This document shows positions 10,576 to 20,766 of a stretch of 64,000 nt of DNA, piece by piece. The notes below the pieces were generated by a model. It did no database searches, had not been told where the DNA came from, and worked only from the letters and a program-made list of their open reading frames with translations. Position 1 is the stretch's first letter. Each line of letters starts with the position of its first letter. Source of the DNA: Methanotrichaceae archaeon (GTDB lineage: Archaea > Halobacteriota > Methanosarcinia > Methanotrichales > Methanotrichaceae); contig CAWDLW010000008.1 in the NCBI GenBank assembly GCA_963803145.1, positions 320,001 through 384,000 on the forward strand. Direction: 5' to 3'. The translations under genes were made by a program, and so were the position numbers.

Positions 10576-12816
10576 TTAATAGAGGCCCTCATCCTTTAAA
10601 TTAGCAACAAACTTCCTGCCTATAGCCGACCCATTTTTGTAGAACAATGCTGGTTTCCCCAACGGCGCAGCAACATCTATCCAGATTCCTTTCGACACGT
10701 TCAGAGTATCTCCAGTCCACACATTCGTCCAGCTCCCTGCAGGAAGATAAAGCTGGACATTTGTTGCACCCTCATCGACCACTGGCGCAAACATAAACTC
10801 GGAACCGAACATATACTGATATCGCAAACCATAAGTGTCCGGATCATTCGGATATTCCAGGAAGGGATGTCGTACCACTGGATGTCCTGTGCTTGCGGCT
10901 TCTTCAACCAGCTGTTTACGGTAAAATCCAAGCGCCTGGTAGATTTTTGCCATACGCGCAAAGTGAGCCAGCGTTTCAGGATCACTATCTACCTGTGCGC
11001 TTATTGCCGGATTCAATCCTTCATGTGTTCGAAGAACGCTGGTAAACGTGCTGAGTTCAACCCATCGCATCAACAGCTCTTTGGAACGAGCAACTATCGG
11101 AACTTCCTTTCCCGATATGTTGACGGCAAAGGCATTGTACCCCCCTGTATCGCTGTGAGTCAAGCTGAAGCCCGATACTCCGCCCGATAGCATACCGACT
11201 ACAGCACTCTTTATACCGTCATATTCATCCCAGGTTTGCAATTGATCGCCCAACCAAAATAACGTTGCCTGTCCTGGACTCTGAGTGAAGCCAGAGCGAT
11301 CAAAGAAAACGATGTCGTCACCTCTCCCAGCTTCCTGGATCGCTTCACGGTTCACCTGTGCCCAAGCTTCAGGGTAATGGTTATGCCATACATCTGGACT
11401 GGCATTGTCGTACAGGGACGAATCAAACGGCAGAGCTTCTCCGAAGTCCGTCATCCAGCCCGATGCCCGAGCGTGTGTGATCATTTCATTCTTAATGATG
11501 TTTTTCATCCACTCACGCGCCGCAGGATTGCTAAGATCAACTAGCCCGGCATAAAAATCGGTATTCTTGATGAGATATGGCTTACCATCCTTTTTCTTGA
11601 CGAGATAACCTGCCTGCAGCGCCTGGTTAAACAGCTCATCATGCCCCGACGCATTTGTGAGAAATGGATTGATATAGATCATAATCCGAGCGCCCTGCTT
11701 CTGGAGCGCATCCACAAGCCCATCCCAATTGGGATAATACGATTCATTCAGTTTCCAGTTCCACCACAGCTGGCTTCCAATAGCGGTGACTCTTTTGCCT
11801 GGCCAGTCCTGGATCCAAAATGCTGCAATCGGCACGCCAGCTTTCACAAATGTATCAAGTTTTTGCTCGACAACATCCGTGCCGCCCTGGACGGAAATCA
11901 CCGCTCCCTGCAAAATCCAATCAGGCAGCGCACGCATTCGTCCGGCGTATTCGGTGTACTCTTGAATCAGGTCTAGAGGTATTTTACCGTGGAGAATGCG
12001 TCCTGTCATTTGGTTCGCAAATAGTGTAACCTCCACACGATCAGGGCTTTGCAGATCAAAGATGCTATATTCCTTATTCTCTAAAAATAGCGAGCGCAAC
12101 TTGCTTGTAATGTACTGCGGTGCGGGCGCCTCAGTTACGTATGGATTTCCTCCTCCGTCGTTCTGCGTCAAATCCACTACCCTGGTAAAAACCGGCAGGC
12201 CACGGCCGACGCCATGTTCCTGAACAAGAATGGGAATGATTTTACCTTTTTGATCAAAATAGGTGAGCTGTTCGCCGAAACCAAAAAAGTGTTCATCCGC
12301 CTCGGACGCGTATCGCAGGTAAATTCGATTCATGTCTGCTGCCTGAGGGCCCTCGAGTTGAAGTTGAAATTGCAGTTGATCAGCATCAACCGGCCTAAAG
12401 ATCAAGCTATAATTGACCGAATGCTCTGGGCCAATAAGAATACCATGCAAAACGAGTGCCGTGCCGTTCGCTTCGACGGCATCGATGCTCTGTTCCGTAC
12501 AGGAGGTGATAATGCTGTCGTTCACGGAAAACGATCCTTCGGGCGTGCCAAATTCACGTACGTCCGCCTGTCCAGATGCCGCACCAACAAACGCTGTATC
12601 CGGGATACTGGACCAAAGGACTCGTTCTGGTTCTGCCGAGTTAGTCACCCGGAGCGCAAATGGTTGCCCAGCACCGGCAAAAGACAAAATGAAATTTCCA
12701 ACTAGAAAAGAACCGCTCACATGCGAGGTAAGAGTTGTATTCATGGGTGATGCCTCTATTGCTGGAACAAGCATAGCTATGACCAGAGTAGCGATTATCT
12801 TCCAGATCCGATTCAT
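10576..12816 (-). CDS. Secreted GH31 alpha-glycosidase, YihQ/sulfoquinovosidase-like
   Basis: FGFGEQ, WIQDW, YINP, nucleophile WMTDFGE, acid/base GDQ, HSDTGGY, RTHEG; N-terminal signal peptide. Confidence 0.9.
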   Translation of the reverse strand: MNRIWKIIATLVIAMLVPAIEASPMNTTLTSHVSGSFLVGNFILSFAGAGQPFALRVTNSAEPERVLWSSIPDTAFVGAASGQADVREFGTPEGSFSVNDSIITSCTEQSIDAVEANGTALVLHGILIGPEHSVNYSLIFRPVDADQLQFQLQLEGPQAADMNRIYLRYASEADEHFFGFGEQLTYFDQKGKIIPILVQEHGVGRGLPVFTRVVDLTQNDGGGNPYVTEAPAPQYITSKLRSLFLENKEYSIFDLQSPDRVEVTLFANQMTGRILHGKIPLDLIQEYTEYAGRMRALPDWILQGAVISVQGGTDVVEQKLDTFVKAGVPIAAFWIQDWPGKRVTAIGSQLWWNWKLNESYYPNWDGLVDALQKQGARIMIYINPFLTNASGHDELFNQALQAGYLVKKKDGKPYLIKNTDFYAGLVDLSNPAAREWMKNIIKNEMITHARASGWMTDFGEALPFDSSLYDNASPDVWHNHYPEAWAQVNREAIQEAGRGDDIVFFDRSGFTQSPGQATLFWLGDQLQTWDEYDGIKSAVVGMLSGGVSGFSLTHSDTGGYNAFAVNISGKEVPIVARSKELLMRWVELSTFTSVLRTHEGLNPAISAQVDSDPETLAHFARMAKIYQALGFYRKQLVEEAASTGHPVVRHPFLEYPNDPDTYGLRYQYMFGSEFMFAPVVDEGATNVQLYLPAGSWTNVWTGDTLNVSKGIWIDVAAPLGKPALFYKNGSAIGRKFVANLKDEGLY

Positions 12817-12902
12817 AAGTGGTACCTCTGGTATTGGAGCGATTTGAGGAGCCGTCGATGATAGTGAAGGCTCAAAGGGATAGCAAATTTGACGATTTAA
12901 CG

Positions 12903-12924
12903 GTGATAACAGCTATCTTATCAC
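12903..12924. promoter_or_regulatory. Palindromic candidate operator between GH31 and rdgB
   Basis: GTGATAA-N8-TTATCAC perfect 7-bp inverted repeat in a divergent promoter region. Confidence 0.4.
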
Positions 12925-13048
12925 AATAATTAAGCGGGTTATTATCATTTAAAGATATCGTTCTACTCCTCAGAATTGAATACTTTAAATATATCTGTTC
13001 TGAGTTGGGCGCAAGATATCAATATCTAATGGGCTCACAGGAGAAAGC

Positions 13049-13582
13049 ATGATCTATTTTGTCACCAGCAATAAAGGGAAGCTCGTCGAGGCACAAGGCA
13101 TCTTCGATGAGGTCACACAGAGGAACTTAGGCTATACCGAAATCCAGGTGGATACACTTGAAGAAGTCGTAGTCTTCGGCATGAAAGAGGTTGCTCCAAA
13201 GCTGAAAGGACCTGTCATGATCGAGGATGCAGGGCTCTTCGTAGATGCGCTCAAGGGATTTCCGGGAGTTTATTCGGCCTATGTCCAGAAGACGATCGGC
13301 AATGAGGGAATACTGAAGCTGATGAAGGATGTAGAGGATCGCAGGGCCTATTTCCGCTCAGTTGTGGGCTATATCGAGCCTGGCATGGACCTAGTCATGT
13401 TCAGCGGAGAGGTGCATGGCAACATTGGCTTTGAGCAGCGGGGTAGAAAGGGCTTTGGTTACGATCCCATCTTTTATATTAATGAGAAGAGCCTCGGTGA
13501 AATGGATATTGAGGAGAAAAACAAGATATCTCATCGTGGTCAATCGATGAATGCTCTGAAGCAATGGCTTGATAACCGCTGA
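13049..13582 (+). CDS. rdgB: Non-canonical purine NTP pyrophosphatase (RdgB/HAM1)
   Basis: TSNKGK, EDAGL, FPGVYS, GFGYDPIF, KNKISHR. Confidence 0.95.
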   Translation: MIYFVTSNKGKLVEAQGIFDEVTQRNLGYTEIQVDTLEEVVVFGMKEVAPKLKGPVMIEDAGLFVDALKGFPGVYSAYVQKTIGNEGILKLMKDVEDRRAYFRSVVGYIEPGMDLVMFSGEVHGNIGFEQRGRKGFGYDPIFYINEKSLGEMDIEEKNKISHRGQSMNALKQWLDNR

Positions 13583-13598
13583 TCAGCATTCCCTTTGA

Positions 13599-13856
13599 TC
13601 AGCACTTCTTTTTCTGAAGGGCGCAGCGCGGAAGCATCCTATCATCGATGACTTTGATATGCGGAGCCTGAACTGCCGATATGTAGAGCTTTTGCGATCC
13701 AACTGCGATTACTATATCCGTAGGCTTGGGCGGGCTTATCCTAACCGGGAAAATAAGCGGCCCCTCACAGGTGGTAGCGATTCTAAGATCTGTTGATCTG
13801 GAGCGAATATACTCTTCCATTGCGGGATCAATTCTAAATGGCGATTTTGCTGGCAT
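13599..13856 (-). CDS. Small hypothetical protein
   Basis: 85-aa ORF with TTCEGP...PPKPTD...LYIS..Q; fills the gap convergent to rdgB. Confidence 0.7.
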   Translation of the reverse strand: MPAKSPFRIDPAMEEYIRSRSTDLRIATTCEGPLIFPVRISPPKPTDIVIAVGSQKLYISAVQAPHIKVIDDRMLPRCALQKKKC

Positions 13857-14174
13857 TTGTAGATAAAATGTGCTGGCCCTAGAAATAGTATTTTATCGCT
13901 CTATTTGCGTAAAATTCTTGATAGTCTTTGTGAGATCTCATTATTTCTCAGTAATGAGGCAGAGGGATATTCGGCATTTTAAGGGTCCCGTATCTATTGT
14001 TCCTATGCTCTTTTATCGTGGCAATATCCAATAATATTTAGTATGTTTGATACGTAAATATCAATCCTTTGCCAATATTTGGCGCAGATAAAGCAAAAGA
14101 TTTGAGAATCATCTTTTAAGGGTGATTATGATCAATACTACGATAGCTGATATTATAATATTGGATAATATCGC

Positions 14175-16121
14175 ATGCCAAGAGATGCATCACTAACAGA
14201 TAAGCCGCAGCCCGAAGTCTGCAGAAGGCTTCCTGTCGGCGCCGAGGTACAGCCTGATGGAGGCGTTCATTTCAGGGTCTGGGCGCCAAGTAAGAGAACG
14301 GTTGCAGTAGTGATAGAGGACGGCAGATCTAAAGGCATGGATATCAAGCTGATGCCAGAGGGAAACGGCTACTTCTCAGGCAAGGCTGAGGAAACTGGAA
14401 ACGGTACCCTCTATCGCTATCGTCTGGATGGGAATGAAAACCTCTATCCAGACCCAGCATCTCGCTTCCAGCCACAGGGTCCTCATGGGCCTTCGCAAGT
14501 TATAGATCCTGGAACATTTGAATGGACAGATAGCGACTGGCCTGGGTCCAGCCTGAAAGGCCAGGTCCTATACGAGATGCATATCGGAACCTTCACCAAA
14601 GAGGGGACTCTTCAGGCTGCAGGCCGTGAGCTGCCAGAACTGACAGAAGTAGGAATAACGGCCATAGAGATGATGCCTGTCGCCGAGTTCCCAGGGAAGT
14701 TCGGATGGGGATACGATGGGGTTGACCTATTCGCACCCTCGCAGCTATATGGCCAGCCGGACGATCTCCGCAGCTTTGTGGATATGGCGCATTCTGCAGG
14801 CATTGGAATTATACTTGATGTAGTCTATAACCATCTGGGGCCAGACGGAAATTATCTGCTACAGTTCTCGCCTGATTATTTTACTGGTCTTCATAAAACC
14901 GATTGGGGCTCGCCAATAAACTTCTATGGAGAGAACTCTGAGCCAGTAAGGGAGTTCTTCTTGGCCAATGCTGGCTATTGGATAGATGAGTTCCATATGG
15001 ATGGGCTGAGGATAGATGCCACCCAGAACATATACGATAAATCGCCTTCCCCACGCCACATCTTCACACAGATGGTGCAGCGGGTGAGGGAGGCTGCACA
15101 TGGTAGGGCTACTATCGTTATTGGAGAAAATGAGCCGCAGGACTCAAGGCTTATCAGGCCTCCGAATCAGGGCGGATACGGCATGGATGCTCTCTGGAAT
15201 GATGATTTCCATCACAGCGCCATGGTAGCTATGACAGGACGTAACGAGGCCTACTATACCGATTATCTTGGCAAGCCCCAGGAGTTCATATCAGCGGTAA
15301 AATGGGGATATCTGTATCAGGGTCAGCGCTATAAATGGCAGAAGAAAAGGCGGGGCAAACCCGCATTAGATATAGAGCCAGCAGCTTTTGTAATATTTAT
15401 TCAAAATCATGATCAAATTGCAAACTCGGGCAGAGGGCTGCGCGCTCATATGCTGACAAGTCCTGGAAGATATAAGGCTATTACGGCGCTGATGCTGCTG
15501 GCACCGGGAACGCCCATGCTTTTCCAGGGCGAGGAGTTCGCAGCATCAAGCCCATTCTATTACTTTGCAGATCATAAGCCCGAGATCTCCAAGCTAACAC
15601 ATATGGGACGCAAGAGATTTCTTAAACAGTTCCTAAGCCTTGCTACGAGAGATATGCAGGAGTCGATCCAAAGTCCCAGCGATCCAGAACTCTTCGAGCG
15701 ATCAAAGCTGGATCTATCTGAGCGGAAGAGTCACGAGGGAGTCTACACTATGCATAAAGATCTCCTTAAGCTAAGAAGAGAGGATCCCACATTCAGTGCA
15801 CAGTGTAAGGGTGCTATCGATGGCTCGGTATTGGGGGAGGAGGCATTCTTATTGCGCTTTTTCTCAGATGAGAGCAAAGACCGCTTATTGCTTGTAAATT
15901 TAGGCAGAGACCTTCATCTGGACCCTGCACCTGATCCATTGCTGGCTCCGCCTGAGGATAGGCTGTGGAAGGTCATATTTGCTACCACAGATCCGCGTTA
16001 TGGCGGCTGTGGAACGCCTGTTCCTGACACCAGAGATAATTGGCATATCCCGGGACACGCTGCCTTAGTTCTTGCGCCCCGCGCATACAATCAACCTATC
16101 TGGGAGAGTTCACATGAATGA
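14175..16121 (+). CDS. treZ: Malto-oligosyltrehalose trehalohydrolase (GH13)
   Basis: FRVWAP, PDPASRFQPQGPHGPS, YEMHIGTFT, WGYDGV, DVVYNH, GLRIDA, WNDDFHH, QNHDQ. Confidence 0.92.
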   Translation: MPRDASLTDKPQPEVCRRLPVGAEVQPDGGVHFRVWAPSKRTVAVVIEDGRSKGMDIKLMPEGNGYFSGKAEETGNGTLYRYRLDGNENLYPDPASRFQPQGPHGPSQVIDPGTFEWTDSDWPGSSLKGQVLYEMHIGTFTKEGTLQAAGRELPELTEVGITAIEMMPVAEFPGKFGWGYDGVDLFAPSQLYGQPDDLRSFVDMAHSAGIGIILDVVYNHLGPDGNYLLQFSPDYFTGLHKTDWGSPINFYGENSEPVREFFLANAGYWIDEFHMDGLRIDATQNIYDKSPSPRHIFTQMVQRVREAAHGRATIVIGENEPQDSRLIRPPNQGGYGMDALWNDDFHHSAMVAMTGRNEAYYTDYLGKPQEFISAVKWGYLYQGQRYKWQKKRRGKPALDIEPAAFVIFIQNHDQIANSGRGLRAHMLTSPGRYKAITALMLLAPGTPMLFQGEEFAASSPFYYFADHKPEISKLTHMGRKRFLKQFLSLATRDMQESIQSPSDPELFERSKLDLSERKSHEGVYTMHKDLLKLRREDPTFSAQCKGAIDGSVLGEEAFLLRFFSDESKDRLLLVNLGRDLHLDPAPDPLLAPPEDRLWKVIFATTDPRYGGCGTPVPDTRDNWHIPGHAALVLAPRAYNQPIWESSHE

Positions 16122-18156
16122 AATAGTCCGTAGGATTACATGGCCTGGGGCTTGCGCTCTGGAATCCAGGCAGCTTTTGAGGAGGGAATGGCTTGTAACA
16201 AACGGCCTAGGAGGATATGCCTCAGGAACCGTCGTAGGTGCAACCACACGCCGCTATCACGGGCTGCTTATATCCGCTCTGCCCGATCCTTTCGGCAGAT
16301 GGATGATGCTCAACCACCTCTTCGAACATCTGAGGCTGCCTGATGGGAGCACTATACCATTCAGCGGTGGAGAAGGTGAGTATCATGCCGTGGCTACAGA
16401 TGCAGCTAGATGCCTGACGGAATTCCGTCTGGAAATGGGGCTGCCTATTTGGAAATACGATGTGGGCGGATACATAATAGAGAAAAGGATATTGATGCCC
16501 CATATGCAGAACACTGTGCACGTTAATTATCATTTGCTTTCTGGACCGGGGCCAGTTAAGCTGGAGATAAGGCCCTCTATCAATTTTCGATCTCATGACA
16601 CACCCGTTAGCCAGCCGCCATCGCTGCCTTATGAGCTTTCCATAATTGGAGATCGCTATGAAATCTCGGAGCCCGAAAACCCGGGATTACGATCTCTCAG
16701 AATGCTGGTACATGGCCAGAATGCTACATTTACAATGGAGGGCGGCACATTACAAGAGATGTTCTACAGGCGTGAGGCCGATCGTGGATACGATGCCAGG
16801 GGCATGCTCTGGAGCCCAGGCTACTTCAGCACAGACCTTACTTCAGGCCGGGATGCAACTCTTGTCGCCTCTACCCACAGCTGGAAAATAATCATGGCAT
16901 TGAAGCCTGATGAGGCAATGGCCGCAGAGATAGACAGGAAGACAAGGCTGATCTCCAGATCCCAAAGGGAGGTTCAGGAGGGGCCTGCTGGGGAGCTGGT
17001 GCTGGCAGCAGATCAGTTTATTGTCAACCCGATAGGACGTATAGTGGATTTAGCTCGTTCTAATGCCGCGGGAGATGAGCTCCGCACAGTTGTAGCTGGA
17101 TATCACTGGTTTACAGATTGGGGTAGAGACACAATGATTAGCCTTGAAGGGCTGACACTGACTGCAAACCGATATAACCAGGCACGCTGGATACTGCGCA
17201 CATTTGCCCATTATATTAAAGATGGCCTAATTCCTAACCGCTTCCCTGAGGGAGAGAGCGAGGGCGTATATAACACAGCTGATGCAACCCTATGGTTCTT
17301 CCATGCCATAGATCGCTACGTTGAGACTACAGGCGATAAAGCCACACTTAGAATCCTCCTGCCGAGGATGAGAGAAATTATTGATTATCACATTAGAGGC
17401 ACCAGATTCGGAATAGGGGTCGATCCTAAGGACGGCCTCCTCAGGCAAGGAGAGGAAGGCTATGCCCTCACCTGGATGGATGCAAAGGTACGAGGCTGGG
17501 TTGTGACGCCTAGGAGGGGAAAGGCTGTGGAGATCGAGGCTTTATGGTATAATGCCCTGAAGATAATGGAGAATTGGGTTCGTGAGGAGGTAGGCGAGGA
17601 CTTTGCAAAGCCACTAGCCGAGCATGCTGAACATGCAAGACAATCCTTTAATAAGCGCTTTTGGTATTCGGAAGGTGGATATCTGTATGATGTCGTCGAT
17701 GGTGAGCATGGCGATGACTCCTCGTGTAGGCCAAATCAGGTGATGGCCATATCCCTCAAGCATCCAATTCTGGATCGGGAGTATTGGGAGCCTGTACTTA
17801 AAGTTGTAGAAGAGCGATTACTTACACCTGTAGGTCTGCGCAGCCTTGCACCGGGAAGCCCTGATTATAAGTCCAAATACTTTGGTGACCTCAGGGCACG
17901 TGATGCTGCATATCATCAGGGGACTGTTTGGGCGTGGCTTATAGGTCCTTTCATCGATGCCTGGCTGAGGGTTCATCCCGAAGAACGACAAGGAGCAAGG
18001 AAGTTCTTGCTTGGATTCATACCCCAACTAGACCAAGCTGGCATAGGTTCCATAAGCGAAGTATTCGATGCAGAGCCTCCGTTTACTCCACATGGGTGCA
18101 TAGCACAGGCATGGAGCGTGGCAGAGATATTGCGCTGCTGGGCAAAGACGGCATGA
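16114..18156 (+). CDS. Glycogen debranching enzyme (amylo-alpha-1,6-glucosidase)
   Basis: EWLVTNGLGGYASGT, AGYHWFTDWGRDTMI, TWMDAK, RPNQ, YHQGTVW, QAWS; ATG 16114 overlaps the treZ stop. Confidence 0.92.
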   Translation: MNEIVRRITWPGACALESRQLLRREWLVTNGLGGYASGTVVGATTRRYHGLLISALPDPFGRWMMLNHLFEHLRLPDGSTIPFSGGEGEYHAVATDAARCLTEFRLEMGLPIWKYDVGGYIIEKRILMPHMQNTVHVNYHLLSGPGPVKLEIRPSINFRSHDTPVSQPPSLPYELSIIGDRYEISEPENPGLRSLRMLVHGQNATFTMEGGTLQEMFYRREADRGYDARGMLWSPGYFSTDLTSGRDATLVASTHSWKIIMALKPDEAMAAEIDRKTRLISRSQREVQEGPAGELVLAADQFIVNPIGRIVDLARSNAAGDELRTVVAGYHWFTDWGRDTMISLEGLTLTANRYNQARWILRTFAHYIKDGLIPNRFPEGESEGVYNTADATLWFFHAIDRYVETTGDKATLRILLPRMREIIDYHIRGTRFGIGVDPKDGLLRQGEEGYALTWMDAKVRGWVVTPRRGKAVEIEALWYNALKIMENWVREEVGEDFAKPLAEHAEHARQSFNKRFWYSEGGYLYDVVDGEHGDDSSCRPNQVMAISLKHPILDREYWEPVLKVVEERLLTPVGLRSLAPGSPDYKSKYFGDLRARDAAYHQGTVWAWLIGPFIDAWLRVHPEERQGARKFLLGFIPQLDQAGIGSISEVFDAEPPFTPHGCIAQAWSVAEILRCWAKTA

Positions 18157-18191
18157 GCATAAAGGAACTTTTATAATATGTAAAATTTTAA

Positions 18192-18572
18192 TTAAAAATC
18201 GTCATGGCTGTCGTGGCTGCATCCTTCATGGTTATGATCGCAAGATTCCGTATCGTGATCACAGGTATCTGCATGATCGCAGCCTCCACAGCCTTCGATT
18301 ACATCTTCAGGGCCGCGGATTACAAAACCAGTTCCACGATCATCACTCACATAGTCGATTATTGTCTCGCGAAGAAGTTCGGCATCTTGAGGGCTCATAT
18401 GGATCTTGATTCCCCTGCTATCGAAAACAACATCATCCTTTTCAGGATTGCCTAATGCCAGGCCATAGTTGGCACCTGTCGCATCTATAGCTGCTAGGAA
18501 CATCCGGATTACCTTGCCCTCTGCAAGGCTGCGCTTGAGTATATTAGCAGCGGCTTCTGTGATCTCAATCAT
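18192..18572 (-). CDS. HesB/IscA-like protein with Cys/His-rich tail
   Basis: IEITEAAA, YGLAL, DDVVF, IDYV, GFVI; tail CGGCDH..CDH..CDH..CSH. Confidence 0.8.
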   Translation of the reverse strand: MIEITEAAANILKRSLAEGKVIRMFLAAIDATGANYGLALGNPEKDDVVFDSRGIKIHMSPQDAELLRETIIDYVSDDRGTGFVIRGPEDVIEGCGGCDHADTCDHDTESCDHNHEGCSHDSHDDF

Positions 18573-18702
18573 GAGGAACACTTCCGTTTTATATCTCTTC
18601 AAAACTCGTATTTAAAGGATCTTACGGGCAGCCTGTAGGTATTTATAAATTATGTATCAGCAGTATAGGATATTATCATAGAGAGTTTACAGGTAATGTC
18701 GC

Positions 18703-19713
18703 ATGGGAGTTGATTTAGGAGATTTGGTTCAAAAGAAGAGGATAGAAATAAAGAACCTAACAGGAAGATGGATAGCCGTTGATGCTTTCAACACGCTCTA
18801 TCAGTTTCTCAGCATAATCCGGCAAAAGGACGGCACGCCGCTCATGGATAGCTCCGGCAGGGTGACTTCACATCTATCGGGCCTTCTTTACCGCACAACG
18901 AACTTAATTGAATTAGGGGTGAAGGTCGTTTTCGTCTTTGATGGAGAACCTTTTCACTTTAAGTCCGGAACGCTCCAGGAGAGATCTGGGGTAAGAGCAA
19001 AGGCCGCTGTAGCCTGGGAAGAGGCGCGTGCGGAAGGTCGTGATGGATTTAAGTATGCACAAGCTGCCTCAAAGATCAACGCAGAAATTTTGGAGGATGC
19101 AAGACGCCTAATTTCTTCAATGGGACTGCCGATGGTCCAGGCGCCTTCCGAGGGAGAGGCACAGGCCGCTTATATGGCGGCTAAAGGTGATGTTTATGCA
19201 GCAGGCAGCCAGGATTATGACTCCTTGTTATTTGGCGCCGCTAATGTGGTCAGGAACCTTGCAATAACCGGCAAGAGGAAGCTGCCCAGAAGGAATGTTT
19301 ATGTGGATGTTGAGCCTGAACTTATCGTTTTAGATGAAGAGCTTTCAAAGCTTGGAGTTACAAGAAAGCAGCTTATAGAGATAGGCATCATGTGCGGCAC
19401 AGATTATAATCAAGGATTGCCGAGAGTGGGTCCAAAAACGGCGCTGAAGCTTATCAAGGAGCATGAAGACCTGGAATCTGTTCTCGCGAGCCAGGGGGAG
19501 ACGATAGCTCATCACGAAGAGATTAGAGAGTTCTTCCTGCACCCGGATGTCACTGACGATTATATGACTAAGATAACCAGGCCCAATGTGAAGGAGATTA
19601 TGTCCTTCCTGGTCGATGAAAGAGACTTCGATCCTGATAGGGTGGAAAAGATCGCCAATAGGCTTGAGGAGGTTTATCGGAGTGGACAGAGTACCCTCGA
19701 TAAGTGGTTCTAG
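18703..19713 (+). CDS. fen: Flap endonuclease 1
   Basis: DAFNTLYQFL, APSEGEAQAA, SQDYDSLLFG, GTDYN, C-terminal PIP box QSTLDKWF. Confidence 0.97.
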   Translation: MGVDLGDLVQKKRIEIKNLTGRWIAVDAFNTLYQFLSIIRQKDGTPLMDSSGRVTSHLSGLLYRTTNLIELGVKVVFVFDGEPFHFKSGTLQERSGVRAKAAVAWEEARAEGRDGFKYAQAASKINAEILEDARRLISSMGLPMVQAPSEGEAQAAYMAAKGDVYAAGSQDYDSLLFGAANVVRNLAITGKRKLPRRNVYVDVEPELIVLDEELSKLGVTRKQLIEIGIMCGTDYNQGLPRVGPKTALKLIKEHEDLESVLASQGETIAHHEEIREFFLHPDVTDDYMTKITRPNVKEIMSFLVDERDFDPDRVEKIANRLEEVYRSGQSTLDKWF

Positions 19714-20689
19714 CCTCCAGTTCGATCTTGAAGAGATGGTTGAGCTGATAAGAAGCAGTGGCGCAAAGTGTATCGGCCTTCAGGCTCCAGAAGGCCTGAA
19801 GAGGGCTCTGCCATCTCTGGCAAAGCAGATCGAGGAGGCAACCGGAGCAGAGGTAATCATCTCCGGCGATCCATGTTATGGCGCATGCGATTTGGATATG
19901 GCTCTGTGCGAAGAGGTAGACCTTATGCTTCACATGGGTCATACAGAGCTCGCAGAGCTGGGGAAGGCATCAGGAAAGGTCATTTACATAGAGGCCAGGA
20001 TGCCGCATGATTTAAGAGAGGTTGTAGAAAAGGCGGTTCCTCTGCTTAAAACGAAGCAAGTTTGCCTAACTACTACAGTTCAGCACATCCATAAGCTCAA
20101 CCAGGCGCTTGAAGTTTTAAAGCAGCACGGGATCGATGGCATAATCGGCAAAGCCAGTGGCCGTGTGAAGTACCCCGGCCAGGTTTTGGGTTGCTGTTAC
20201 AGTGCTGCCAAATCAGAGGATGTCGATGAATATCTCTTCATCGGCACAGGCAAGTTTCACCCTCTTGGCATAGCATTGGCAACGGGAAAGCGAATAGTAA
20301 TAGCAGATCCTGTTACGGGCGAGGCCTCAGAGATCGACCCGAATCCAACGCTCAGGCGACGCTTTGCATCTATAACGCGAGCTGAGGATGCAAAGAGGTT
20401 TGCTGTTTTAGTATCCAAGAAGCCCGGCCAGAAGAGAATGGAGCTTGCGAGGCAGATCAAGGCGATGGGTGAGGAAAAGGGAAAAGAGATGATTCTGGTC
20501 TATCTGGATAACATCGAACCTGATAAGCTCCTTAACCTAGGGATAGAGGCTGCAGTCTCTACAGCCTGCCCCAGAGTGGCGCTGGACGACGCAGCAAAGT
20601 ACAAGATTCCCATACTTACGCCGCCGGAGTTTGAGATACTTCTCGGGGATCGCTGTTGGGATGACTATGCATTTGATGAGATTGAATAG
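19682..20689 (+). CDS. dph2: Diphthamide biosynthesis protein Dph2
   Basis: LQAPEGLK, CYGACD, GQVLGC, GKFH, TACPR; start uncertain (GTG 19682 after GGAGGT). Confidence 0.93.
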   Translation: MDRVPSISGSSLQFDLEEMVELIRSSGAKCIGLQAPEGLKRALPSLAKQIEEATGAEVIISGDPCYGACDLDMALCEEVDLMLHMGHTELAELGKASGKVIYIEARMPHDLREVVEKAVPLLKTKQVCLTTTVQHIHKLNQALEVLKQHGIDGIIGKASGRVKYPGQVLGCCYSAAKSEDVDEYLFIGTGKFHPLGIALATGKRIVIADPVTGEASEIDPNPTLRRRFASITRAEDAKRFAVLVSKKPGQKRMELARQIKAMGEEKGKEMILVYLDNIEPDKLLNLGIEAAVSTACPRVALDDAAKYKIPILTPPEFEILLGDRCWDDYAFDEIE

Positions 20690-20766
20690 TATATGCTATC
20701 TTTAAACAACACTCAAGTTTCATGCGGTAAGCATTCTGGACTTTATCGAAATTATAATGCATCCTC

